Shown: in pieces, positions 49,167 through 58,110 of the stretch | How positions within the stretch are numbered: position 1 is the stretch's first letter | Layout: every line of letters starts with the position of its first letter | NCBI GenBank assembly: GCA_947494155.1 | Contig: CANLTW010000009.1 | Span: 1 to 58,110 of the forward strand | DNA from: Chlamydiota bacterium | Lineage (GTDB): Bacteria; Chlamydiota; Chlamydiia; Chlamydiales; RGXB01 | Length of the DNA stretch: 58,110 nucleotides | Direction: 5' to 3' | Position numbers and translations under genes: made by a program | The notes under the pieces: generated by a model | What the model was told of the DNA's origin: nothing | The model's input: the letters and a program-made list of their open reading frames with translations, nothing else | The model's database searches: none

Positions 49167-49457
49167 TTGCGTCTTGACACATGTGAAAAGGGGCGAGAAG
49201 AAAAAGAGATAGGGGCACACGCTTTTGGATTGAATAAGGGGTCTTTGGGAATCTGGTTTGTTGGTGGAGTCGACGATCTCAATGAGCCGAAAAACAATTT
49301 CACGAAAAACCAATTTGAAGCACTTTATCGACTGCTAAACCAGCTAAAAGAAAAATATCCTGACGCTAAAATTTTAGGACATCGAGATTTACCTAACGTT
49401 CAAAAACGGTGCCCCTGTTTTGATGTGATGCGCTGGTGGTCGACAAAAAAAACTTAA
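49167..49457 (+). pseudogene. N-terminally truncated T7-lysozyme-like N-acetylmuramoyl-L-alanine amidase
   Basis: GR..IGAHA.G.N..S.GI..VGG, GHRDL, CPCFDV present; N-terminal Zn-His and GYH segment absent. Confidence 0.75.
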
Positions 49458-49489
49458 AAACGTTCATGGGTAAATTAGGCTTATCTTCG

Positions 49490-49888
49490 TTAACGCTCTT
49501 TAATCGAACTCAGTATGATCGCGACGATAATTAGACTAAACGATAAAAAAGAGGCTACCGGCAGGGTGAGAAAGACCGAAAATCCCTCGTAGGACTGGGG
49601 GAGTTCTTTCAAAAGGGTTGGGATGGTTTCAAAAGGTGTGTCTTGTAAAACGGAGTGGTCATAAGAGATCGTCATCCCCATCGTAGCGGTTATGGTGGAC
49701 AAAATTTTAAAAAAGCTGTGGCTGCTCCATACAGGGAAAAGGAGTGCTAAAAGGGATACCATTAGGTAGCGCTGATATAGACAAAGGGGGCAAGGGTCAT
49801 ATTTCAAAATAAATTCAGCAAAATAGCTGGCGGCAACTGCCACCACGCTCAATATCCAGGCGAATCGGATAAAAAAACCACAAAACAT
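49490..49888 (-). CDS. dsbB: Disulfide bond formation protein B-like, second Cys pair absent
   Basis: PCPLCLYQR, 4 TM, LTLP..S. Confidence 0.82.
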   Translation of the reverse strand: MFCGFFIRFAWILSVVAVAASYFAEFILKYDPCPLCLYQRYLMVSLLALLFPVWSSHSFFKILSTITATMGMTISYDHSVLQDTPFETIPTLLKELPQSYEGFSVFLTLPVASFLSFSLIIVAIILSSIKER

Positions 49889-49889
49889 A

Positions 49890-50252
49890 CTAAAATTCCT
49901 TCAATAGCTCATTTGATAAACAAGATCTCAGAGATTTTTCAAAAACATCCTGAGTTTTATTGAGTCCATTAATATAAATTTCAAGGTTCTTTCCTTCTTC
50001 TTTAAGTTCGTAATAACAGACAAAACCTTTATCAATAAATTCGTTTTTGATCATCGAAAGCTGATCGCAAAATTTTTGCCCCTGCAAAGTCGTAGGGTCA
50101 TAAGAGGCGATGAGTTGAACTTTAGAGTGGGTATTCCCAAATTGTACCATATCTGAGGTATCAAAATAGGTTAAATCAGGCTGCAGTTCGTTAAGTAAGG
50201 CCCACGAAGCAATGAACCCTAGTTGAAAAAGTGCAAAAATCATTTGTTTCAT
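49890..50252 (-). CDS. Short DsbA-like thioredoxin-fold protein lacking CxxC
   Basis: FGNTHSKVQL..YDP...KF...IKNEFIDKG.V pattern; directly upstream of dsbB. Confidence 0.6.
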   Translation of the reverse strand: MKQMIFALFQLGFIASWALLNELQPDLTYFDTSDMVQFGNTHSKVQLIASYDPTTLQGQKFCDQLSMIKNEFIDKGFVCYYELKEEGKNLEIYINGLNKTQDVFEKSLRSCLSNELLKEF

Positions 50253-50342
50253 TAATCAGTTCTTTTGTTTAATACTCTAATTTCTGTAAAGAAAAATCGT
50301 TAAGATGAATTTTGAACACATTAAAACTTAAATAAAGAAGCT

Positions 50343-51119
50343 ATGAAAAAACTATTACAAACTCTTGCAATTCTCCCTATCTGGTTCCTCTCTGCATCCA
50401 TTATAGAGGTGAACTCATTCGAGCAGATTCAAATCCCTGAAGAGAAGAATCTTTTAGTAATCTTGGATATCGATAACACTTTGATGCATCTTAAACAGGA
50501 TCTAGGTTCGGACCAGTGGTTTTATCATCGCAGGAAAGAGCTTGAAAATCAGGGGATGACAAACGAGCAGGCTCAGATAAAAGCAGCGTTTGAATTCAAC
50601 GGGATTCAGACTCTTTCGCAATCGAAAATTGTAGAAGATCCTATTTTAGATTTCTTTGAGAGCTTACGTAAAAAAAAGATCCCTTTTATGGGTCTAACAA
50701 TGCGTAGCTTTGAATTAGCGCTTAGAACATATCAACAACTAAATGACTGTGGAATTATTTTTGATTCTCGATTTTTTGATCCCCAACCCCTTTTTCTAGA
50801 TAAAAAGAGTCTCCTTTTTTGCTATGACGGGGTGATTTTTACCAATGGGGGAAATAAAGGGCGAGCCTTTGATCTATGGAAAAGCCACTTTAATCTAACA
50901 TTCGATCACGTGATTGTTATCGATGATAAAAAAGCCCATCTAGAGTCGCTCCAAAAGACAATCGTTGAATTAGGGGCGAAATTCACCGGATACCGTTATG
51001 GTTTCCTTGATGAGCACGTTCGAAATTTTTGTCCTAAGAGGGCACAAGAGCAATTTCACCATATTGAACCCTTGATTGAGGGTAAGCTCCATTCTTGCGA
51101 AACAGCGAAAGGAGAGTAA
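50343..51119 (+). CDS. DUF2608 family HAD-like protein
   Basis: Signal peptide, LDIDNTL, LGSDQWF, GLTMR, NKG, IDDK. Confidence 0.88.
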   Translation: MKKLLQTLAILPIWFLSASIIEVNSFEQIQIPEEKNLLVILDIDNTLMHLKQDLGSDQWFYHRRKELENQGMTNEQAQIKAAFEFNGIQTLSQSKIVEDPILDFFESLRKKKIPFMGLTMRSFELALRTYQQLNDCGIIFDSRFFDPQPLFLDKKSLLFCYDGVIFTNGGNKGRAFDLWKSHFNLTFDHVIVIDDKKAHLESLQKTIVELGAKFTGYRYGFLDEHVRNFCPKRAQEQFHHIEPLIEGKLHSCETAKGE

Positions 51120-51123
51120 AAGC

Positions 51124-51155
51124 AAAAAGGCTCTTGTGCAAAACAAGAGCCTTTT
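51124..51155. terminator. Bidirectional intrinsic terminator
   Basis: aaaaaggctcttg-tgcaaaa-caagagcctttt. Confidence 0.88.
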
Positions 51156-51157
51156 AT

Positions 51158-51238
51158 TGCCCGCGAAGGGACTTGAACCCCCACACCTCTCGGTACCAGA
51201 TTCTAAGTCTGGCGTGTCTGCCATTTCACCACACGGGC
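51158..51238 (-). tRNA. tRNA-Leu(TAG)
   Basis: Acceptor GCCCGTG/CGCGGGC, anticodon arm CCAGA-CTTAGAA-TCTGG, variable arm, GTTCAAG; CCA not encoded. Confidence 0.96.
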
Positions 51239-51275
51239 TTTTGGTTAGGTGGTGTAACTATAATGAAAAACCATC

Positions 51276-51893
51276 TTATCTGTCAATTCTTTTGAAATCG
51301 TAATGCCCTAATTCCGCTTGCTCTAATTCCTCAAGCACAGATGCCAAACCTTGAAGCGAAAAACGTGCCGGATCATCTAATACCTCATCAGCCTGCAATA
51401 TTCCTTGCAGTTCGTCGTCTTCATATACAGGTGTTGGTGGGCGATGAAATTGGGGCAAATTATCGACTAAATCAGTGGGACTAGCGGCCAGTTCGTCAGG
51501 TAAGTCCAATTTTTCTAAGGCTTGTAAGGAGGCACAGTTTACGGACGCAGCGTTTAATGTATGGGGATTGTTGAAATCGAAATAGCCAAAGGTAGTCGCA
51601 GTCGGCCCGGCCAGGGGTGGCAATTCTGAAGATGGGGTCAAAAAACACCCTGCTTGTAACTCGCGAAAGACACTACCCACACATTGCGCAGTCGCATAAA
51701 ATGTTGTGTTTGGGGGGCAGTCCTCGGGCAGGCGCAACCGCTTTTTTAAAGGGCTAGCTGTCGATTGGCAACCTAGGTAAGGGTCCATTCTAAAATTCTC
51801 TTTTTCAGGGCTTTGATCAGGTACTCTTTTCAAATTCCTTTTTTCGCCGTAGCTCTGCATAGGATACGGGGATAACGGGGAGATTGCATGCAT
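51276..51893 (-). CDS. Hypothetical, probably disordered effector-like protein
   Basis: 205 aa, Pro/Ser-rich, acidic C-terminus. Confidence 0.65.
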   Translation of the reverse strand: MHAISPLSPYPMQSYGEKRNLKRVPDQSPEKENFRMDPYLGCQSTASPLKKRLRLPEDCPPNTTFYATAQCVGSVFRELQAGCFLTPSSELPPLAGPTATTFGYFDFNNPHTLNAASVNCASLQALEKLDLPDELAASPTDLVDNLPQFHRPPTPVYEDDELQGILQADEVLDDPARFSLQGLASVLEELEQAELGHYDFKRIDR

Positions 51894-52016
51894 AAAATTA
51901 ACCCATGAAAAATTTCTTACTAAAATATTTTAACATGTTTCCCCCAATATTTTCACTAAATTTCGCTATTTATCGGTTTACAGGGCTTTCAGTTTTTAGG
52001 TATGATGTAGCCCTTT

Positions 52017-52679
52017 ATGAAGCCTAAAGATTTAACGTATCCTTTCTCTTTCAAGGATAGACGCCTCTTGGTCGAGAATGATGTTTTTTATATACCTAAT
52101 TACCTCTCAGAGTATGGGGAATTTGATCCGCAACTGCCACTGGATCACCCTAGAGTATTCATCGAATTTTGTAGCGGAAACGGGGAATGGATCATCCAAA
52201 AAGCTTTGGAACACCCTAATTTTCAATTTTTTGCTGTAGAAAAACTCTTTTTGAGAGTCCAAAAAATCTATAGTAAAAGAGAAAACCTGGGGATAAAAAA
52301 TCTTTTCATTGTCTCGGGGGATATAAATCTTTTATTAGAACATTTTTTGCCGACTAATTCGGTGGATACCCTGGCCATAAATTTTCCCGATCCTTGGCCT
52401 AAAGAGAGACATTCCAAAAACCGGCTTTTTCATAAAAATTTTGTTGCCCATGTCCAACGCATCCTTAAGAAGAGGGGGGCGGTGTTTCTCGTGACAGATG
52501 ATACCCATTTCTCGGCCTGGGTATCTCAAGCTATGGAGGGGGAATTCACACTTTTGAAAGAGGATTTGAAAATCCCGTTGGAAAATTATGGGAGCTCTTT
52601 TTTTCAGCGCTTATGGGAATCCAAGGGAAAAGAAATCTATTACCACCACTACGCAAAAAGGGATCTATGCTCGACGTGA
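52017..52679 (+). CDS. trmB: tRNA (guanine-N7)-methyltransferase
   Basis: IEFCSGNG, INFPDPWPKERH.KNR, VTDD, YGSSFF. Confidence 0.95.
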   Translation: MKPKDLTYPFSFKDRRLLVENDVFYIPNYLSEYGEFDPQLPLDHPRVFIEFCSGNGEWIIQKALEHPNFQFFAVEKLFLRVQKIYSKRENLGIKNLFIVSGDINLLLEHFLPTNSVDTLAINFPDPWPKERHSKNRLFHKNFVAHVQRILKKRGAVFLVTDDTHFSAWVSQAMEGEFTLLKEDLKIPLENYGSSFFQRLWESKGKEIYYHHYAKRDLCST

Positions 52680-53389
52680 GTTTTTTAAGTAAGTTTGACT
52701 GGAATTCAACACAACTCGTCCAAAAAAAACTGGAGGTAGATCTAAAACTTTTTAGACCTAATTTTTCTTTTGAAGACCAGATCCAGTTTCAGGTCTCGGG
52801 AAACGTTTTAGAGGCCTTATGCCAAAAAGCTACGAATTGCGATACAATACGGTTGTACAAAGGGCCTCTCGATTGGACAAGGCTTTATCCATTTTCTTTC
52901 AGTTTAGAAAAAAAATATGAAGAGTGGCTCCAAGATACCTATGGGAATACCTGTAAACTTGACGAGAGAAGGGCCGTTTTCGGAGTCAATCTTTTGACCG
53001 AATACTTGCATAGGATCGCCTCCTTTGCCCCGGAGCATATCCAGTTTACCCTCCTTTTTGATGATCTTGATTGGTACGCCCCCTCCCATCTTGCACAGCT
53101 TTTTTCTAAAATGCGATTTACTCACTTTCAGATTGAAAATGACCCATTTGAGGGCAAAGTGGGTTTTGTCCTTTTTGACGATAAAGATTTTGACGAAAAA
53201 AGCTACAAGTTAATTGACAAGGTTTTGAAAGAACATTCTCAAAAGGTGAGGTTTTTACCTCAAGAAATGATCCCGGAGCTCTGGCACAATCTTGATAGCC
53301 TTTACGTGGTAGAGGAAAAACTATCGAAGTATGGTAAAAGGGGGATTGCCGGTTTTGAGGCTGCGGAGGGTGTGGTTCATTATTTGTAA
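52667..53389 (+). CDS. Hypothetical protein overlapping the trmB end
   Basis: Long ORF; likely start MLDVS at 52667. Confidence 0.75.
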   Translation: MLDVSFLSKFDWNSTQLVQKKLEVDLKLFRPNFSFEDQIQFQVSGNVLEALCQKATNCDTIRLYKGPLDWTRLYPFSFSLEKKYEEWLQDTYGNTCKLDERRAVFGVNLLTEYLHRIASFAPEHIQFTLLFDDLDWYAPSHLAQLFSKMRFTHFQIENDPFEGKVGFVLFDDKDFDEKSYKLIDKVLKEHSQKVRFLPQEMIPELWHNLDSLYVVEEKLSKYGKRGIAGFEAAEGVVHYL

Positions 53390-53395
53390 AAGAAT

Positions 53396-53468
53396 TCGGA
53401 GCAGAGGGATTTGAACCCCCGACCCATTGGTCCCAAACCAATTGCGCTAGCCGCTGCGCTATGCTCCG
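53396..53468 (-). tRNA. tRNA-Pro(TGG)
   Basis: Acceptor CGGAGCA/TGCTCCG, anticodon arm ATTGG-TTTGGGA-CCAAT, GTTCAAA. Confidence 0.96.
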
Positions 53469-53545
53469 AATGTGAATAATTTACCAACCTCTCGATTTTA
53501 ATTCAACAAATTGCGATAAAGGGGAAAAACAGGGATCTTTGTTGC

Positions 53546-55021
53546 ATGAAAAACCGTCTTTTTTTTCGGACACCTTATAGCCTTCACTCCTCAGAAACCC
53601 TTGATATTGAGAGGCATAAGCGTTTTCTTTCACAATCTTCTTTTATTCGATTGCATTATGGGTTTGAGAAAGTCGATCCAACGATAGAGCAAGATCTTTT
53701 AGCGCTGCCTCAGGAGCATAAGCTTATAGAAAAAATGCAAGAGATCTTTGACGGAAAGGTAGTAAATACTATCCATGGCTACCCCAGCGAAAACCGTTCT
53801 GTCAGCCACATGAAGTGTCGAGACCCATTCGATAGCTTTAATCAAACAGAGGTGAAAAAAGCGATCCAATTTGCCAAGAATTGCCCCTATAAACACATCT
53901 GCGTTGTGGGAATCGGCGGATCAAATCTGGGAACAGAGGCGATTTGTGTAGGATTAAGCACGAACACCAAAAAAAGAGAGATCTTTTTTATCGCAAATAT
54001 CGACCCGAGAAATACCGAAGATGTTCTACAGCATGTCGAATTGAAAGAGACCCTTTTTATTTTTTGCAGCAAATCGGGGGGGACATTGGAAATCCAATCC
54101 AACCTTGAGCTGATGAAAGAACTCTATCAAAAGATGGGTGTTGAGGCCAGAAAGCATTTTGTCTGCGTGACAACGCCAAAAAGTCCCATGGATGATCTGA
54201 AGATTTTTTCAGATATTTTCTATATGGAAGAGAGCGTGGGGGGGCGCTACTCGGTTACCTCGATGATTGGTGTTCTCCCTCTGGCGTTAGTTTACGGAGA
54301 GGCTGTTGTCCTCGATTTTTTAAAGGGGGCTCATGCAACGGATCAAACTATATTAGAAAAAGATGCCAAGAAAAATCCGGCCTTGATGGACGCTCTTTTG
54401 GCCTACTGGAATACAGCCGTTTTAGGGGCGGAAGGGACATTGATCGCTCCGTATGCCTATGATTTACGCCGTTTAACCTCCCATTTTCAGCAATTATTCA
54501 TGGAATCAAATGGAAAGTCGGTTACAAAAGAGGGGGAATTTTCGCTGAAGCGCACCCAAAATATCGTTTTTGGCGGAGTGTTAACAAATGACCAACACTC
54601 CTACTACCAGGCTGTCCACCAAGGGACATTCCATCTGGATATGACTGTGGTTGGCTTTTGCTCATCACTTTCCAAAGTCAACATCGAAAATGACCACACA
54701 ACTCTTCATCAAAAGCTTAATGCGAATCTATTAGCGCAATCCATAGCTTTAGCTACTGGGCTTAAAACGGATAATCCAAACACTACTTTCGTGGGAAATC
54801 GTCCATCCAGAATCTTAATGATGGAAAAATTAGATCCGTTTTCGCTTGGTGCTTTGCTTGCCCATTTTGAGGCAAGAACCATATTTTTTGGGTTCTTACT
54901 AGGGATCAACTCCTTTGATCAAGAGGGTGTACAGCTTGGAAAACGTCTGGCTAAAGATGTGATTGAAAAAATGAAGGGGCCCAAAAAAGATCCTTTAGTT
55001 GAGCATATTTTGGTTTGGTAG
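53546..55021 (+). CDS. pgi: Glucose-6-phosphate isomerase
   Basis: GIGGSNLG, SKSGGTLE, VGGRYS, QQLFMESNGK, QHSYYQ, FDQEGVQLGK. Confidence 0.96.
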   Translation: MKNRLFFRTPYSLHSSETLDIERHKRFLSQSSFIRLHYGFEKVDPTIEQDLLALPQEHKLIEKMQEIFDGKVVNTIHGYPSENRSVSHMKCRDPFDSFNQTEVKKAIQFAKNCPYKHICVVGIGGSNLGTEAICVGLSTNTKKREIFFIANIDPRNTEDVLQHVELKETLFIFCSKSGGTLEIQSNLELMKELYQKMGVEARKHFVCVTTPKSPMDDLKIFSDIFYMEESVGGRYSVTSMIGVLPLALVYGEAVVLDFLKGAHATDQTILEKDAKKNPALMDALLAYWNTAVLGAEGTLIAPYAYDLRRLTSHFQQLFMESNGKSVTKEGEFSLKRTQNIVFGGVLTNDQHSYYQAVHQGTFHLDMTVVGFCSSLSKVNIENDHTTLHQKLNANLLAQSIALATGLKTDNPNTTFVGNRPSRILMMEKLDPFSLGALLAHFEARTIFFGFLLGINSFDQEGVQLGKRLAKDVIEKMKGPKKDPLVEHILVW

Positions 55022-55051
55022 AAAAACATCTAAAAATCTGACATTAAAACC

Positions 55052-56398
55052 TCAGGAGTTTTCAAAAGAAAGACTCTTGAGGCTTTCTAACCCCTCTGAC
55101 CAAAGTTTTGTAGCCTCTTTCAAGGGCATTCTTGAATTGGGATCTAGAGCTGTTAGACCCTGGATAGCGGCGATTATCTTCTCAGGATAGCAATCTAAAC
55201 ACATGGCTATCGCATCGCGAACATACTGATCGCGAAAAACTTGAAATTCACTGAACGGTCTATAGTTCCACTCATCAACATAAATCGGGGGGAAAATACT
55301 CTGTTTATGCATCAAAAGAGCTTCCTCTAACAAGAGGTTTGTGAGTGTGGTAAAAAGTGTGCTGCCAAGTGTATATAGATCGATTTTATCCACCGAAAAA
55401 AGGGTGCTTGGTTCAGGAATATTTTGAAAATGCAGCGACTCTCCCAGAAATTTTGTGGGTAAATATTCGGGGGGGATATATTTTTTTGAACCGCAAGATT
55501 TGGAGGAGAATCTATTTTTTTCAGCGAATCCAAAGTCGCAAATAAAGGGCTCGTGGTTATGTATGAGGATGTTTTTGGGTTTTATATCGCGGTGCATGAT
55601 CCCAAGCTTATGTAGCGAGGTAAATTTTTTTAAGATCTTTAAACCCAAGTTAAGGCGTTCGGGAATAGGGAAATCGTTTCTACTATTGAGGAAACTCAAA
55701 AGGTCTCCATTTTCAGCATAAGGGCTCAAAAATTTAGAATCGTACTCCACACTTACCCCTTTTCCACTGGGGTATTTATTCTCTAAGGGATTAAGACCCG
55801 AGATGACGGAGTTAACGACACGAATACATTTTAGAGCCAGATTTCTATGCGCTGCCTTTTCATGAAAAGAGAGTTTTTTCGGGTCAAAAGGATGTCGTAT
55901 TTTAGAAGAGGCTTTTTTTGGCTCAAAGAGTAAATATTTTTTGAATCCCCCCTTTTTACTTTTCTTGATGCAAGGTAAGGGGATATTCTGTCCGGAATCT
56001 ACAATGCGTTGTCGGTATACAAGATAGTTTTTTTCTTTCAAACCACTCTTCCCTTCAATAAGAAGGGTTATAGAGTCTATTTTTTTTTGTTCAATAGCTA
56101 CATGTTCTCCCGATGATGTTTTGAACATGGATCTAAAAATTTCCTTTATATCAACGTCTGGGGTGGTATCGGCTATCGGGGCGATTAGAGAGGCAGGATC
56201 CTCAGTTGCAAAAAGCACATGAACCTGTTTCGTTTCCTTAAAACTTCTTGGTGAAGGGGCTGGTGAGGTTTTACCAGAATCCTGCAAATAGCGTGCGAAG
56301 ATCGGAGTTATGGGGGTGGCCGATCTGTCATCTACAGAGGTAGGTGTTGAAGATCTTGAGGGGAACAGATAAGAAATGGCAGTTTTAAAAAAAGACAT
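55052..56398 (-). CDS. Hanks-type Ser/Thr protein kinase
   Basis: HRDIKPKN, DFG, CGSKKYIPPE, DLYTLG. Confidence 0.92.
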   Translation of the reverse strand: MSFFKTAISYLFPSRSSTPTSVDDRSATPITPIFARYLQDSGKTSPAPSPRSFKETKQVHVLFATEDPASLIAPIADTTPDVDIKEIFRSMFKTSSGEHVAIEQKKIDSITLLIEGKSGLKEKNYLVYRQRIVDSGQNIPLPCIKKSKKGGFKKYLLFEPKKASSKIRHPFDPKKLSFHEKAAHRNLALKCIRVVNSVISGLNPLENKYPSGKGVSVEYDSKFLSPYAENGDLLSFLNSRNDFPIPERLNLGLKILKKFTSLHKLGIMHRDIKPKNILIHNHEPFICDFGFAEKNRFSSKSCGSKKYIPPEYLPTKFLGESLHFQNIPEPSTLFSVDKIDLYTLGSTLFTTLTNLLLEEALLMHKQSIFPPIYVDEWNYRPFSEFQVFRDQYVRDAIAMCLDCYPEKIIAAIQGLTALDPNSRMPLKEATKLWSEGLESLKSLSFENS

Positions 56399-56543
56399 AG
56401 GCTAAAAAATTTTTGCAACTATTTTAAGCTTAGGGGGGATTTAGTTCCAGTTTTTTTCTTATTTTAAAAAGGAGAAGTGTGGGGTAAATCGGTGGTTTGA
56501 AAACGTTCAAAAAATGAAAAAAAACGAATCGTTACTGATTTTT

Positions 56544-57992
56544 TTATGAGGATGTCCAAATAGCTAAAGCATTTTTTATGGACATGCGTTGATCAGGTTC
56601 CATTAGCCTAAGAAATCCTTTAAGTACCTGTATCTTGTTAGGTGGAAGCCCTCTTTGGGGGTCGTCTAAAAACAGGTCGATTGCCGCCTGCTTTTGAGTA
56701 AAAAATTCTTCGAATGTGGTTCTTTCGCTTGGATTAAAAACCCTTTTTGCATGGTGTTCCAGCTCGGCTTCAAATGATTTTCCGGTGAATATCTCAAAAA
56801 GGGTGATCCCTAGCGCATAGAGATCGGTATATTTAAGATCTACTTCCGCAGAACTCATCTTATGCGCCATTTCTGCTCTTCTGGAGGAGAAAAACCACTT
56901 GCGACAGAGCTCGGGGGCCATGAATGCCCTTGTGCCACACTCTCTATTGGTAAACCGTTCCTCAGTTGCCAATCCAAAGTCGATAAGCTGCACCCTTTTT
57001 TCGCCGCCATCTTCCCAATTTACAACCACATTCTCCGGTTTGATATCACGATGAAAAATGTTTAGATCATGCATCTGATCGACATGGCGCATAAGCTGTA
57101 AACAAAATCTATCCAGTTCATCGGGGGAGATCGTCCGTTTCCATCGTTGATAATAGGAGGTAAAATCTCCACCTCTGGCGCGAGCGGCAAGCATGTTCAT
57201 CCCGTCGAGATCAGGTGCTAAGGGGTAACTCGAGTAGGATTTACCGTTACGCTCAACCATAGTTTCTGGCAAAGGATTATCGACTGGAAGGCAAAAATAG
57301 ACCTTTGGTGTGATTTTCGCCTGTACCATTTTTTTCATAATCTCAACATATTTGGGATTACGGGGTCTAGGGGCTATAGTTTTTGATTGGAGAAGTAAAA
57401 GATCCTTTTTGTCGGATATTAAGGGAGTGACAGAATTCTCAAGAGATTTTATCGGAAAAGCGGTATTTAGACTCAACGTTTCGATAGTTTTGAAAAGTGG
57501 TCTTGCATCTTCAAGCTCAGGCTCTTTAAATATTTTTAGCACTTTAAACACTTTATGAGTCAAATCTTTGGCATTTTTCATTTGGGAAAAATAAAAATGC
57601 TCACTAAAGGCTCTATACGCCTCCTTTAGGCTTTCTAGCGCTTTCTCTATTTTCTTATCGCTGGGGTTTGGCAAAGCTGGCTCGCAGGCGCCAAAAAAAC
57701 AGGTGCTGAATGCTTCGACGGCTTTACCACCAAAGCACCAAGGGCTGCCATCACCGTTACTTTTTGGGCATTTGGGGGATAAAAAAAGGGCACTAAAGCT
57801 TGAACGACTCTCGGAGCTAAATCTTGCTTGTTGATAGGTGTCATCTAAAACGGGAAAAGTCTTTTTTATCGGGGAATTTGAGGGGTGAGGTTTTACATCC
57901 ATAAAACCTAGATCCTCGACTGCACTATACCCGGATAGGGCTAATAATTCGGCGAAGGGGTTGGCCTCTTGTGTGCTAAAAGAACCGCTCAT
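56544..57992 (-). CDS. Hanks-type Ser/Thr protein kinase
   Basis: HRDIKPEN, IDFG, CGTRAFMAPE, DLYALG. Confidence 0.92.
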   Translation of the reverse strand: MSGSFSTQEANPFAELLALSGYSAVEDLGFMDVKPHPSNSPIKKTFPVLDDTYQQARFSSESRSSFSALFLSPKCPKSNGDGSPWCFGGKAVEAFSTCFFGACEPALPNPSDKKIEKALESLKEAYRAFSEHFYFSQMKNAKDLTHKVFKVLKIFKEPELEDARPLFKTIETLSLNTAFPIKSLENSVTPLISDKKDLLLLQSKTIAPRPRNPKYVEIMKKMVQAKITPKVYFCLPVDNPLPETMVERNGKSYSSYPLAPDLDGMNMLAARARGGDFTSYYQRWKRTISPDELDRFCLQLMRHVDQMHDLNIFHRDIKPENVVVNWEDGGEKRVQLIDFGLATEERFTNRECGTRAFMAPELCRKWFFSSRRAEMAHKMSSAEVDLKYTDLYALGITLFEIFTGKSFEAELEHHAKRVFNPSERTTFEEFFTQKQAAIDLFLDDPQRGLPPNKIQVLKGFLRLMEPDQRMSIKNALAIWTSS

Positions 57993-58110
57993 TTTACTCC
58001 TTCACCGTTTGTTTAATCCGTAGTATTATAAGGGATTTTACAAAAAAATACCAACAAAATGGGTGAGACTCTATCCCTATGAAAACTAAGAAGATAGGAT
58101 TGAAAACAGA

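Noticed and set aside
49167..49457. Prophage indicated by a T7-like amidase
   Set aside because: No other phage genes nearby; isolated fragment only
50970..51303. Small ORFs across the tRNA-Leu region
   Set aside because: Overlap the tRNA and terminator; spurious
53118..53441. 107 aa minus-strand ORF
   Set aside because: Starts inside tRNA-Pro and is antisense to a real CDS
51158..53468. tRNA-anchored genomic island
   Set aside because: No integrase and no duplicated tRNA 3' end seen; trmB lies between the tRNAs

Overview
Gene-dense, AT-rich bacterial chromosomal segment, most likely from an environmental member of the Chlamydiota. Support: an NTT/Tlc nucleotide transporter, an Hc2/HctB-like histone, the pyrG-ruvX-zwf-pgl gene order, a long-clade-type PPi-PFK, DUF2608 and Inc-like proteins. 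Housekeeping genes (glmS, zwf, pyrG, pfp, ispG, trmB, pgi, tRNA-Leu(TAG), tRNA-Pro(TGG)) are interleaved with accessory blocks. (1) Four GadC-like APC permeases surround the histone gene; two come from a ~2.09 kb tandem duplication that left two pseudogene fragments at its junction. (2) A compact RHS protein with an alpha/beta-hydrolase tip is followed by two related putative immunity proteins and an OprB porin. (3) A run of Inc-like/effector-like orphans sits next to a TPR protein. (4) A lipid-related block holds a desaturase, NTT, EamA, an HExxxH outer-membrane protein, a eukaryote-type carnitine acyltransferase, MarR and an LplT-like MFS. (5) A dsbA-like/dsbB pair appears to have lost its exchange cysteines in both partners. 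(6) Two Ser/Thr kinases lie in tandem. No CRISPR array, rRNA, integrase or transposase was seen. All calls come from manual motif recognition; no database search was run.
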